Shown: positions 20,523-30,326 of the stretch, in pieces
Layout of the letters: each line of letters starts with the position of its first letter
Numbering within the stretch: the stretch's first letter is position 1
Translations under genes and position numbers: made by a program
Source: a virus
IMG/VR virus record: IMGVR_UViG_3300036715_002050
Location: 32,001 to 96,000 of that record
Direction: 5' to 3' (one strand)
DNA length: 64,000 nt
Notes under the pieces: model-generated
What the model was told of the DNA's origin: nothing
Databases searched by the model: none
Seen by the model: the letters and a program-made list of their open reading frames with translations, nothing else

Positions 20523-20855
20523 TACGAACCTCTCTTCTTAGTCGTGATCGCTTTAGTTAACGTAGCCGGGGTTTGGAAACTGTTTCTGACTGTAACGTCC
20601 CAAGGGCCACCTACAATGTCTGGTACTACGACATTTACGTGCGTAGCGTCTTGGAAGCCAGTCACAAGATTGATACCGCCGATAGACAACGTGGTAGTGC
20701 TGGGCGAGAGGAACCCCTGTACCAACGCCTGCGACCTGCGTGTAGTCGCCAGTGCTTCCAGCCAGTGTCAAATCATGGTTGGGGTCCGACCCAATGTTAG
20801 CCAACGAAGCGGAGTTAGACGCTTCGTGGTAAGGGATATTAATAAGTGTAGCCAT
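20522..20855 (-). pseudogene. Frameshifted or internally deleted paralog of the N-terminal part of the 17442-20522 gene
   Basis: Frame changes at GGT ACA GGG G TTC (C4 run at 20714-20717 on +). The second part is half of an IPT domain. Confidence 0.5.
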
Positions 20856-20857
20856 TC

Positions 20858-23800
20858 TTATTCTCCTACAACGTTGACCGATACATCTTGAGTCAAATTA
20901 ATCACCAAAGCTTTTTCGTATGGTTGTACAGAGATCAAGTCGTTCCCGGCATTATACGTCGGAGACAAGATGGCGACCGAAGTTACACCAGATACCATTT
21001 CTGCAGCTGCTACGATTTGGGACAAGGGAATCGGTTGGCCCACGGCACTGTTGTTGATTACTGATGCAGCGGCAGAACGGACACGGTTGATGATTTCGTT
21101 AGTAATCGAAATATCGGATAGCGTACCAGAGCGTACGCGGATGACCAATGATACTTGCGTACGCTTTACCGTCGGACCTTGGATGTTGATGTTGGCTGAA
21201 GACGCTGCGATAGCTGGGAAGGCGTCCGGCGCAGCAGGATCTCCATATACAGTTTGGTTTGCTGTGTGGATCAACCCTGTATCTACTGAATATCCGTCTT
21301 GACCGATAGCCAGAGCAACCGGGAACGATAACTTATCCAACACACTTACAACAGATCCATTAGCGTTAGAAATCGAACCGTAGTTGGATTCATCATAGAA
21401 CAAGATATCCGAGTACGCAGGGTCGGCTGGGTTTAGCTGGATATTCTTGATTTGCTTGTAAAATACGTCTGGGCTAGCTAACGTAAAGTAAGTTGACGCT
21501 GCTTGCGGACCACAAGCAACTGCCGATACCGCGCCTAGTGTCTTAGACAAGGTTACTGAAGAGTATGTACCAACTACAGCCGGGATATCTACGACCGTCC
21601 ACGTACCGTTGTTCGCTGCACCAAGCAAATTGTTTTGCAAATGGAATTGATCGCCAGGCACGATGCTGGTGGACGACATGAATTGCATGCAACCCGCACT
21701 GATAGAAGCTACCTGTTCTTCAACCGCCAACGTGTTTTCGATCCAGAAACCGGTCATAGAAGAACGTACAACACGGAACGGTCCTTGGTTAGCGGAGGAG
21801 AAGCTGTTGCGGACCATGACATACCCGCCGCCATCTGTCCCACCAAAAGCTGTTAACCAATCAAAGAAGCCGCCGACAATGTGGAAGCAAACAAAACGAC
21901 CTTCCTTACGAACGGTCCAGTTCCCACTGCCCAAGACCAAAGAGACGGTGCCCAATCCGCCGGACTTAACTACGGTCAATACGTTTGTGGACGACGCTAA
22001 AGTGTCTGTGGTAGAGAATACGTTCTTTGGCGGCGTGGCAGAGTTTTGGATTTTGCACCAAGATCCACCCAAGAAGCCCGTAGTGGCGTTGGTCTTTACG
22101 GTAACATATCCGTTCCACCATCCCTGCGCAGACGTTCCCGTGCCAAATATGGCGGCCTGAGCGGCATTTGCTGAACCTCCGGTAGTCTGGACCGAACCTG
22201 CCGATCCGATAGTGAACGTATTTTCTTGCAACGAGTGGCCGTTCAAAGCGGTTTGGCTTTGTGCGTTAGAGAACAACCCTCCGACCGCAGAGCTTTGCAA
22301 GTAACGTACGAACGTCGGAGCCGTGATTGGCACCAAGCGCAATTCTTCGTTGGCAAAGTTAAACGAGTTCGAACCAGAGATTTGTGGCTCTTGTACTGAC
22401 GGGTCAATCTTGAACGAAACCGTGGACGTACCGGCAGTGATATTAGACGAAGAAACGTAGTTGACCCCACCAGCTAATTCGTAGAACGGCAACGTCACTG
22501 TCGCGTTGTAGTATTGATCTTCCGACGATTGGGTGACTGTACCCGTACCGTCTCCTACCAAGAAACCAGTCAGAGGACTATTAGTCAACGCATTGACGGC
22601 GGTAACAATAGCTCCGGTCGTATTGGCGCCTGCGTTCAAAGGGTAGAACGCGATGTTGGACGTAGACAACAAAGGTACCATGACATCTTGAATGTAAGGG
22701 TATGTGTTTTCTACGTCCGTAATCATTGTGAACGACCACTTAGTCACAGCGGAAATAGAATGGGTACCGTTAATGTATGGGAAGATGCCCAAGTTAACAA
22801 TGTCGCCAATAGCCAAAGCCGTGCCGCCCAAGAAATTGACTTGGATAGGAGTGGCAGCCCCAGCGGTGCACAAAGCTACGGCATAAGAGACTGTGGACGT
22901 GTACGCGCCGGTAGACAGTTGGGTGGTGCGAGCAACAGAACCACCAAATGAGTCGACGGTGTAAACGCCGTTTGGCAGTCCGGCGTCGGGGGTAGCTGAA
23001 TAAACGTAAAGTGACCCGCCAGCTTTCAAAGTGTGAGTTAAGTCTGTGATGGTCCCGACTGGCAGTTGAGATGCGAAGTTTAAAGCAAAGTAAGAGCCAG
23101 CGCCAGAAGAGGTAATAGCACCAGCAGGAAGATCGAACCCGAACACAACGGTGGCCAAGCTAGGGAAGCCGTTGTGGTACGAAGAAGCCGCTGAAGAAGC
23201 CGACAAGCCGTACTTGCCCTTGTCTGCACCAGTAGCTAGCGTCACGTTATTGTAGAAGAATTCCGACGACGTAGTAGAAGCACCGACTGGGGAATTCGCT
23301 GCCGTACCGTAAGTGTAGCGCATGCGCAAGCCGTTACCTTCTGGCCCAAAGCGCGTAGCCGACCATTTGACAGCCTTGGTGGCGCTGCCCGGATCAGATA
23401 CGGTCTTGGCTTTAGCGTACACAGCAAAATCGCTGAAGTCGAAAGCACCCCAAGCGTTGTACAAGCTGCCCAATGAGTTATCTAAATCTCTTAGTACCAC
23501 GTTGTTTTGGACGTAAGTCTGTCCAACGCCTGGCTGTACGCGACGGTACATAGACAACAAGTAGTTTTGTGCCACTTCGTTTTGGTCGATAGTGACCGAC
23601 AGGTTATCGGTAGGAGAAATGGAGTAAGGACGGGTAGAATTGTAAGAAGTATTGGCAACAGTCGGCACGATTGCTTGGTCTGTGCGAGTGGTTGCAATAG
23701 ACAAGAAGGCCTTGCCCGAAGTGACTTGGATGATGTTGGTACCACCTAGCTCCGCGTTGATGGTAAAAGTGGTTCCACCAATCAAAGTTTGGATGTAGTA

Positions 23801-26734
23801 GAAACCGTCTTTCAAGATGGCGTGCTTGTCGAACTTAAAGTAGACCCACTGAGTTGCAGCCAATCCGGTTGTAGAGCCCACAGTTACCGTAACCAAGCCG
23901 GTGGTGTGATCGTAGGAAAGCTGGCTGATACTATAAGCTAACTGACCCACGACGCTGATAGATTGTGCATGCCCCTTATTGGTGCCCAAGAAGTTAGTTG
24001 CAGAGTTATTGGTACCAGTCCAAGTGATTTGCCCACCGGCCCAAGTCATTGGGTCATCCAAGAATAAGACTGGGTTTAATCCCGGGACAACGTCATAGAC
24101 TTCTACGTTGCTCACCAAGTCATGGGTACCGATGTCGCTATTGCCCGACACCACGTTCCCCAAGTGACTTACTTGGTTAGCGGCAAACTTACGGATAGGC
24201 AAGCTTAACCCCAACAAGCCTGTAGAAACCGATCCAACCATGATAGAACCAGTTGCCCCAAAAGTGTCGGTGGTCAAAGTCAATTGATTACTTTGGGTGA
24301 CAGAAGCCACGAACCCTTTTGCACCCGCGTTGATGCTGGTTACGATAGCGTCAAGCCCTGTAATCGTAGCGGTCAACAGTACGTTTTGTGGAGGAACGGT
24401 AGCACGAACGAACGACACGCCTAGTGGATTAGCTAAGGCTGTTGTGCCGGGAGAGGTTAAAGAAGAGGCGGGTGCTTCGATTTCAAAGAAGTCCGTACCG
24501 CTCACTCCTACATTGGTCACCAGATAAGCGTTGGCAGGCATGCCTTGAGCCACCAAGTTAGTGTCCCACAAAATAACCCAATCACCTTGATCAACGAAAG
24601 AGTTGATCAAGTTAGTGGAGTTCAACGTATAACGGACCAATCCCGTAGAAGGGATAGACGAAGCAAACGTCGTAGAAGAGATGATAGCGGTAGAAAGTGG
24701 TGTAGCCGTTCCGTCAACAAAAACCCACATCGACCCAGTGGTGGAAATTGTTGGGTTGGATAGGGTGCCGGACGTTACCGAAGCGCGAGTAAAAGCAGAC
24801 CCAGCGGACAAAGAGTCGCCGGTAGACAGAGGAACCGTAAGCGCTAAGTTCCCGGTGTTACGGTTCAATGAGTAATCGTTGTTCAAGCCCGATCCGGAGA
24901 TAGAGCGCTTTGGGGCGGTACCGGTTACTGTGCCATAAGACAAAGAGAACATTCCTTTGGCAAACAGCGAAGAACTGGACTCGAACACGGTTACTTTGGC
25001 ATTGCTGTTATAGCCCAAGTTGCTGATCAAGACAATGTGATCTACTTCTACGATAGCCGTTACGCCCACGATCTTGTAATTAAAGACTTGAGCCCACGAT
25101 TGCAAACTGTTGGCCGCCGACATGGTGCTGTAACCGGTACCAGCATTGACGAAGTCGGCAGCACTGAAAGAATAAGTAACGGTTTGACGACCATCAACTT
25201 GCAGACCCAAGGTTTCGGTAGCTGCGCCAATGGTGCCGCTCCACGCGCCTTGTGGGGCGGTGCGCAGGCGAGCTTGTTGTCCATCCTTGTAAAGCAAGAC
25301 GTTGTTTTTGTACAGCTTTAATGTATAAGCTTTATCAACAGGGAATCCTAGAACCAAGTTGGCGTCGTTCGATGCACTGGTTGTAACCACTTGAATGTCT
25401 TCTTGGGTTTCTGTCTTGGCTAGCAACGAAAAGGTCGTAGCATCATCAGATAGTTGTGCTACATAAGGAAGGGATACGTCGGCATTGATCGAGGTCACAC
25501 ATTCGTATGCTGTAGCCGCTTGGGTGTTGGCGAACTCAGACGAAGAAAAAGAGTGTACGAATGTAAAGCCACCAACAGTCACGGTCAGTGGGGCTCCATT
25601 TTGCAAGAACCATGGTTGTTGGGTGGAAGTCTTCACAAACGCTTTGGCGATAGGCTTAGGTTGTCCCAACGTGAAATATTGTTCTCCACCGACAGCGGCG
25701 TCCACCAGAGTTTCGGTCCCAACCCCTTGACGGACTTCTTCATATCCAGTACCGTCGTCGATGTACAACGTGGTGGGCTGGCCGTTCTTTGCTACTAGCG
25801 AAGCCGAAGTAATGCGCTTGTTTTCGTCCGCATTGATTAAGCCACGAACGCCGTTCAAGATCGCGGTATCGGTACCTTGCGTGCGAGATTGACGAGCTAG
25901 ACGGATGGCTTGACGGATCTGTTCATCGTTCCACGCGTCTACACCATTACCAATAGGTAATGGGTTGTTGAAGCTTGCACCCGAAAAAGGTGCCGTGGAA
26001 ATGATATTAATGGAATTAGCGATAACGTTACCGACCGACCCGGGCTGAGTACATACAACCGGAACAGAGTTAGAAAAGGTTTCGCCGTCAGGTAGCGTGG
26101 CTACGTCTAAGGTTCTATAAGAGAGGGGCTGAACTAACCCCGTAGAACCGGTTTGGACTAGTTGTCCAGTTGCCACCACACGATTGCCACCTTGGGCCAA
26201 TGTAACTTGCTCCAAGACATTGTGGAACTTGGTCGTAGGAGTTGACAAAGTAAACGTCCAATAATTCCCGTTGTTGACCACGTTGGTGTAAGTCAACGGC
26301 CCTTCTTGGTTTACCGTATTGCGACCGATGTAAAGCTTGCCCGTACCAGTAAAGAAGCTACCGTTGGTTACGTTGACTGTTGTAGATCCGGCCAACACTG
26401 CGGGCAAGCCTGGATAAACCGTAGACGAGATTTTAGTAAAGGACGTGTCGATGAATTGGCCGCTACCATAAGCTGGCGCATTTTGTTGTACCGTCACCTT
26501 TTCATCGGCGGCGATTTTTAGCAAGCCATCACCAGAAGCGTTGTCCAAAGAAACGGACGTCAACATTTGGAACAAGCTTTGTTCGGCCTTAGTGTCCCCT
26601 TGTGCGGCTAGCTCAAACACCGTCAACAATGGGTCGTTGACCGGCAACCCGGTGATGCCGGTGCGGCTGAAGAACTTGTTCAACATATCACCGACAAATT
26701 GCTGGAACGAATGTGGTTGCGGTAGTTTAGCCAT
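20858..26734 (-). CDS. Very large baseplate J-like protein
   Basis: N-terminal J-like motifs (VCTQPGSVGNV, G.DAWNDEQIR) and C-terminal VGQPIPLSQIV..VSGV. Confidence 0.7.
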   Translation of the reverse strand: MAKLPQPHSFQQFVGDMLNKFFSRTGITGLPVNDPLLTVFELAAQGDTKAEQSLFQMLTSVSLDNASGDGLLKIAADEKVTVQQNAPAYGSGQFIDTSFTKISSTVYPGLPAVLAGSTTVNVTNGSFFTGTGKLYIGRNTVNQEGPLTYTNVVNNGNYWTFTLSTPTTKFHNVLEQVTLAQGGNRVVATGQLVQTGSTGLVQPLSYRTLDVATLPDGETFSNSVPVVCTQPGSVGNVIANSINIISTAPFSGASFNNPLPIGNGVDAWNDEQIRQAIRLARQSRTQGTDTAILNGVRGLINADENKRITSASLVAKNGQPTTLYIDDGTGYEEVRQGVGTETLVDAAVGGEQYFTLGQPKPIAKAFVKTSTQQPWFLQNGAPLTVTVGGFTFVHSFSSSEFANTQAATAYECVTSINADVSLPYVAQLSDDATTFSLLAKTETQEDIQVVTTSASNDANLVLGFPVDKAYTLKLYKNNVLLYKDGQQARLRTAPQGAWSGTIGAATETLGLQVDGRQTVTYSFSAADFVNAGTGYSTMSAANSLQSWAQVFNYKIVGVTAIVEVDHIVLISNLGYNSNAKVTVFESSSSLFAKGMFSLSYGTVTGTAPKRSISGSGLNNDYSLNRNTGNLALTVPLSTGDSLSAGSAFTRASVTSGTLSNPTISTTGSMWVFVDGTATPLSTAIISSTTFASSIPSTGLVRYTLNSTNLINSFVDQGDWVILWDTNLVAQGMPANAYLVTNVGVSGTDFFEIEAPASSLTSPGTTALANPLGVSFVRATVPPQNVLLTATITGLDAIVTSINAGAKGFVASVTQSNQLTLTTDTFGATGSIMVGSVSTGLLGLSLPIRKFAANQVSHLGNVVSGNSDIGTHDLVSNVEVYDVVPGLNPVLFLDDPMTWAGGQITWTGTNNSATNFLGTNKGHAQSISVVGQLAYSISQLSYDHTTGLVTVTVGSTTGLAATQWVYFKFDKHAILKDGFYYIQTLIGGTTFTINAELGGTNIIQVTSGKAFLSIATTRTDQAIVPTVANTSYNSTRPYSISPTDNLSVTIDQNEVAQNYLLSMYRRVQPGVGQTYVQNNVVLRDLDNSLGSLYNAWGAFDFSDFAVYAKAKTVSDPGSATKAVKWSATRFGPEGNGLRMRYTYGTAANSPVGASTTSSEFFYNNVTLATGADKGKYGLSASSAASSYHNGFPSLATVVFGFDLPAGAITSSGAGSYFALNFASQLPVGTITDLTHTLKAGGSLYVYSATPDAGLPNGVYTVDSFGGSVARTTQLSTGAYTSTVSYAVALCTAGAATPIQVNFLGGTALAIGDIVNLGIFPYINGTHSISAVTKWSFTMITDVENTYPYIQDVMVPLLSTSNIAFYPLNAGANTTGAIVTAVNALTNSPLTGFLVGDGTGTVTQSSEDQYYNATVTLPFYELAGGVNYVSSSNITAGTSTVSFKIDPSVQEPQISGSNSFNFANEELRLVPITAPTFVRYLQSSAVGGLFSNAQSQTALNGHSLQENTFTIGSAGSVQTTGGSANAAQAAIFGTGTSAQGWWNGYVTVKTNATTGFLGGSWCKIQNSATPPKNVFSTTDTLASSTNVLTVVKSGGLGTVSLVLGSGNWTVRKEGRFVCFHIVGGFFDWLTAFGGTDGGGYVMVRNSFSSANQGPFRVVRSSMTGFWIENTLAVEEQVASISAGCMQFMSSTSIVPGDQFHLQNNLLGAANNGTWTVVDIPAVVGTYSSVTLSKTLGAVSAVACGPQAASTYFTLASPDVFYKQIKNIQLNPADPAYSDILFYDESNYGSISNANGSVVSVLDKLSFPVALAIGQDGYSVDTGLIHTANQTVYGDPAAPDAFPAIAASSANINIQGPTVKRTQVSLVIRVRSGTLSDISITNEIINRVRSAAASVINNSAVGQPIPLSQIVAAAEMVSGVTSVAILSPTYNAGNDLISVQPYEKALVINLTQDVSVNVVGE

Positions 26735-26813
26735 GAATGATTGCTCCGGAAAACGGGTAAGGTGCTTGCATTATACTATGTAGGGGATGTTAAAAGATTA
26801 CCTTATGGTTGAT

Positions 26814-29321
26814 TTATACGAAATCGACAGCCAAAGGTAATGTGTGATTTGTCCCAGTCACTTGCAAGGTAATAGTTAAGCGAGTCACAGGGCCATTTTG
26901 GGTGACAGCTACGCCCAACACCTTGGAGAAGCGAGCGTCGTTCGCAAAAAGATTAGTGGCGGCTTGTAACAGGTCGTCTGCCGTAATGTCGGCAGTCGTT
27001 TCACCGACGCCTAAGTCGATACCGAACCCGGGGTGCTGCAACAAAGCGCCCAGTGGAGTGCTCAATGCAGCACGGGCGGACTGGACCAGAACTTGCAAGC
27101 CGAAAGCCCAACGTGTACCACTATTATTGGTTACCACGATGTCGTTGTTGTTGTCTAATAATAGTGTCACACCACCAACGTTCAACAAGCCGTCGTAGTT
27201 GTTAACGCCCGGCAACGAAGCCAACAACGTATTTTCTTGAGCTGGTTTAAAGGACGGTATGAACACCAGCTTTTGAGATGACAAAGTGTTTGGCAAGTAA
27301 GCACGGATCACAGCCTGTTGGGATACCAACAAGTTAGACACAGATTGGTCTACTGTAATGGCCCACGACGTTCCTTGTTGTTGGATAGACAACACGTGAC
27401 ATAAGAATTGCGGTACGTTATTGGAGTACACGTAGACTGAAGACCCGACGCGCAAATTGGTGGCATCACTAACGAAGAACAAGTTGTTACTACCGTTAGA
27501 CAAAAATGGCAATGTAAACCCGGTTTCATCTACATAGGGTTCGTTCAATCCATTCAACGTTACGATTTCCAAAGCACGGTTCGCGTCACCCAAGTATTGC
27601 AACGCCAACTGTTCGATTGTAGCCCCATAAGGAAACGGTACAGCGAACTTGGACGTGGGTACGTCGTATTGGATGCCACTTGCTGCAGCCAAGTTCGCTA
27701 CGTAATTGATAGACGGTGGAATGACATTGATAGCCGCTTGACGCGCTTGTAACGCCAACAAATCATAAGCGTCCACAGCTTGCTGGATGTTGTAAAGCAT
27801 TTCGTAGTCAGCATCGGTTGCCGTACGCACGGGGGCTTTTAGAGGAGATCCAGTGACACGGTCATAAGTGTCCGACCCAATCCCTAAAGCGTTAGCCAGG
27901 TTATCAGCTAAAGCTTGCAAGTTGTCACGGGTTTGGCTAAAATAAGGGTAGTCAAATTGACGGACGCGTTGTACTTCTTGATTGATGCTGCGTGAGATTG
28001 AAGGCGCGATGGTCAAGCTCCCCAATGGCAGTTGTCGAAACAAATCGTGGTACACATCGGGATGTTCGAAAACGCTGTTTAATGGGTCCGCCGCAGAAAC
28101 GTTTCTTGAGTACACAGCTAACGTCGCACGAGGGTTTTGTGCTGAGTACAAAGCCTTGTTGACCGTGTAAGCTCGATCAAACAAACCAAAGATCACATCG
28201 GGATCAAACGACACTCCTTGACGGTTGATATTGACACCCACATCGCCCCAAGCTCTGACAACGGAACTTTGTAAATCCAACACAAGGTTAGCGGGCAATT
28301 CATAGACAGCTACCGAGGTAGACACGGCGTCCTTGCAAAACAAAGCGGTTTCGCGTAATGGTTCGAACAAAACCTGTTTGATATCAGAACGTAAAGCCAG
28401 CAAGATTTCTTGTGATCCCAACAAAGCTTGACGCACCTCTTCAATCTTGGCCAAAGCATTAACGATCAACTTTTTCTTGGACGCAGGCTTCTTCAAGGCT
28501 GGCGTAGGATTTACTGGGCGGTCTGTCGAAATACGCGCCCAAGCCTTCAACACCAAGCTGTAAGTGATTTCTAGCGGGGAAGAAACGGATTGGTTGATAT
28601 CGAAGCGGACCGGCGTTACGATGTAGGTGGACGAGTCCTTGTAACGAGCAAAACCCAAACGCAAGTCGTTATTTTGAGAAGACGTCTTTAATTCTGCGTA
28701 GGTTTCTAAGAACTCTTTCAAGATATGGTATTGGAAGAACCCTGTAGAAAAAGCTTTCAAGTTGCTTGGATCGATATCACTGGTGGTAGTCTTCTTGAAC
28801 ACATTTGAAGCATTCAAGTCTTTGTTAGAAATAGATTGGACAGCCGTACCGACATTGGACACAGCCGACGCTGTACCCGCAAAAATCACGGAACCAATAG
28901 AGGCATTCAAGTCAGCGTCAGCAGATAAAGCATTAGCTTGTGGACGTAAAACGGTCACGCCAAACGAGCTGCGCACAGAGATCATGCGGAATGGTGCTCC
29001 GCCGTGCTCCTCCACAATCCCTGCGAATGTAGGGGTAACCGTAACGGCAAACGGTGTAGAGATAGAAAACTCTTGTGGCGTAATGGGCAACGTAAAGCTA
29101 GCTAAGATTTTGTAGTTCTTGGAGGCGTCTAAGATTTGTAATTGGTAAGGTAGCGCTTGGTTCCACAATGCTTCATTGATGACCGGCTGCTTGAAGAACA
29201 ACGGGGTAACGAGATCGATCTGGAACAAAGCTTGAGCGATCTCCACGTTGTTTTGGGAGTTGTTGTTGACCGCTTCTTGTGTGTAGTCCCACGGATCTAC
29301 AATCTTTTTGATGTCTGCCAT
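26814..29321 (-). CDS. Baseplate protein with LysM-like and gp25-like C-terminal domain
   Basis: TIEQLALQYLGDANRALEIVTLNGL, and TPLGALLQHPGFG...DARF. Confidence 0.65.
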   Translation of the reverse strand: MADIKKIVDPWDYTQEAVNNNSQNNVEIAQALFQIDLVTPLFFKQPVINEALWNQALPYQLQILDASKNYKILASFTLPITPQEFSISTPFAVTVTPTFAGIVEEHGGAPFRMISVRSSFGVTVLRPQANALSADADLNASIGSVIFAGTASAVSNVGTAVQSISNKDLNASNVFKKTTTSDIDPSNLKAFSTGFFQYHILKEFLETYAELKTSSQNNDLRLGFARYKDSSTYIVTPVRFDINQSVSSPLEITYSLVLKAWARISTDRPVNPTPALKKPASKKKLIVNALAKIEEVRQALLGSQEILLALRSDIKQVLFEPLRETALFCKDAVSTSVAVYELPANLVLDLQSSVVRAWGDVGVNINRQGVSFDPDVIFGLFDRAYTVNKALYSAQNPRATLAVYSRNVSAADPLNSVFEHPDVYHDLFRQLPLGSLTIAPSISRSINQEVQRVRQFDYPYFSQTRDNLQALADNLANALGIGSDTYDRVTGSPLKAPVRTATDADYEMLYNIQQAVDAYDLLALQARQAAINVIPPSINYVANLAAASGIQYDVPTSKFAVPFPYGATIEQLALQYLGDANRALEIVTLNGLNEPYVDETGFTLPFLSNGSNNLFFVSDATNLRVGSSVYVYSNNVPQFLCHVLSIQQQGTSWAITVDQSVSNLLVSQQAVIRAYLPNTLSSQKLVFIPSFKPAQENTLLASLPGVNNYDGLLNVGGVTLLLDNNNDIVVTNNSGTRWAFGLQVLVQSARAALSTPLGALLQHPGFGIDLGVGETTADITADDLLQAATNLFANDARFSKVLGVAVTQNGPVTRLTITLQVTGTNHTLPLAVDFV

Positions 29322-29333
29322 GTTCTTTCCTTT

Positions 29334-30326
29334 TTACGAAGATTCTGTTGTGACAGAAATAGCGATTCCCGGAGTGACGGTTGCCGTTTGGGTTTCGATT
29401 GTGGGTAACAAAGCCGCGCAAGCGGTTTGTAGAGCGACTGCCGACGGGATTAATGGCTTGAAAGGGATGACCGGGGCAGGAGGCGGTGTCGCATTCAAAA
29501 TCCCCAGCAAAGTCGCAGTAAAAGTAGACAAGCTAGTAACGGCTGCCGTAAGGGCTGCTTGTTGGGCTTCAAAAGCCGACACATATTCCGGGTCAGCACG
29601 TAAGATTGGGTAGTTGGGACCGACGCCGTTGGTCAGCGTGATTGACGGCGCTTGCAAGTTGATGGTCTGCGTGGTAACAATAGACAACGCGCCCTTGGAC
29701 AGCGTAGCCGAGTCCCCCGAGTCGTTCTTGAACACCAACGACCCGTCTGCCGTCATTGAAGCTTGGGTGTAGTTGCTGGTCAAGTCTTTGGCTTGTCCGT
29801 CGATATCGGTTGGTCCTTTGTGCGTCAAAGCGACTGAACCGTCATCGTTGATGGACAAGTTTACTCCGTTGAACTCCCACACGAAATGGTGTCCTAGGTT
29901 TGGGTCGTCTATCGGACGATATTTTGTTTTAGCTGCTCCAATAATAAAAGGCTGTGAACTGTTGCCGTTATTGCAAAGTAATAACACGACTGACCCCTTA
30001 GATACCAATCGTCCATTTTCGTTTGTGACCGGATCGGCTCTAAGAGTGTATTCACTATAGTCGGCTGCATTGCCGAACATGTTACTTAATATGCAATTTC
30101 TAAACAAAATAGGTGTTTGTTTACCGCGCCCACGGCTCAAAAAGGCCATAACATTATATTCAGTCACATACTTGCTCTTGTTAAGTGGATTGTTGATGTC
30201 ATAAACGTCAACGACGTATCCTGTAGTCAAGTTATCGCTGTTAAAGATTTGATCCATAGCGGTAGCTGTACGCCCAGGTACGCGTACATCACTTTGACTA
30301 TAAGTTCCGTCTCCATTGTAACCCAT
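29334..30326 (-). CDS. Baseplate spike (gpV/gp45-like)
   Basis: OB-like N-terminus (GSVVLLLC..PFIIGA) followed by beta-repeats. Confidence 0.55.
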   Translation of the reverse strand: MGYNGDGTYSQSDVRVPGRTATAMDQIFNSDNLTTGYVVDVYDINNPLNKSKYVTEYNVMAFLSRGRGKQTPILFRNCILSNMFGNAADYSEYTLRADPVTNENGRLVSKGSVVLLLCNNGNSSQPFIIGAAKTKYRPIDDPNLGHHFVWEFNGVNLSINDDGSVALTHKGPTDIDGQAKDLTSNYTQASMTADGSLVFKNDSGDSATLSKGALSIVTTQTINLQAPSITLTNGVGPNYPILRADPEYVSAFEAQQAALTAAVTSLSTFTATLLGILNATPPPAPVIPFKPLIPSAVALQTACAALLPTIETQTATVTPGIAISVTTESS

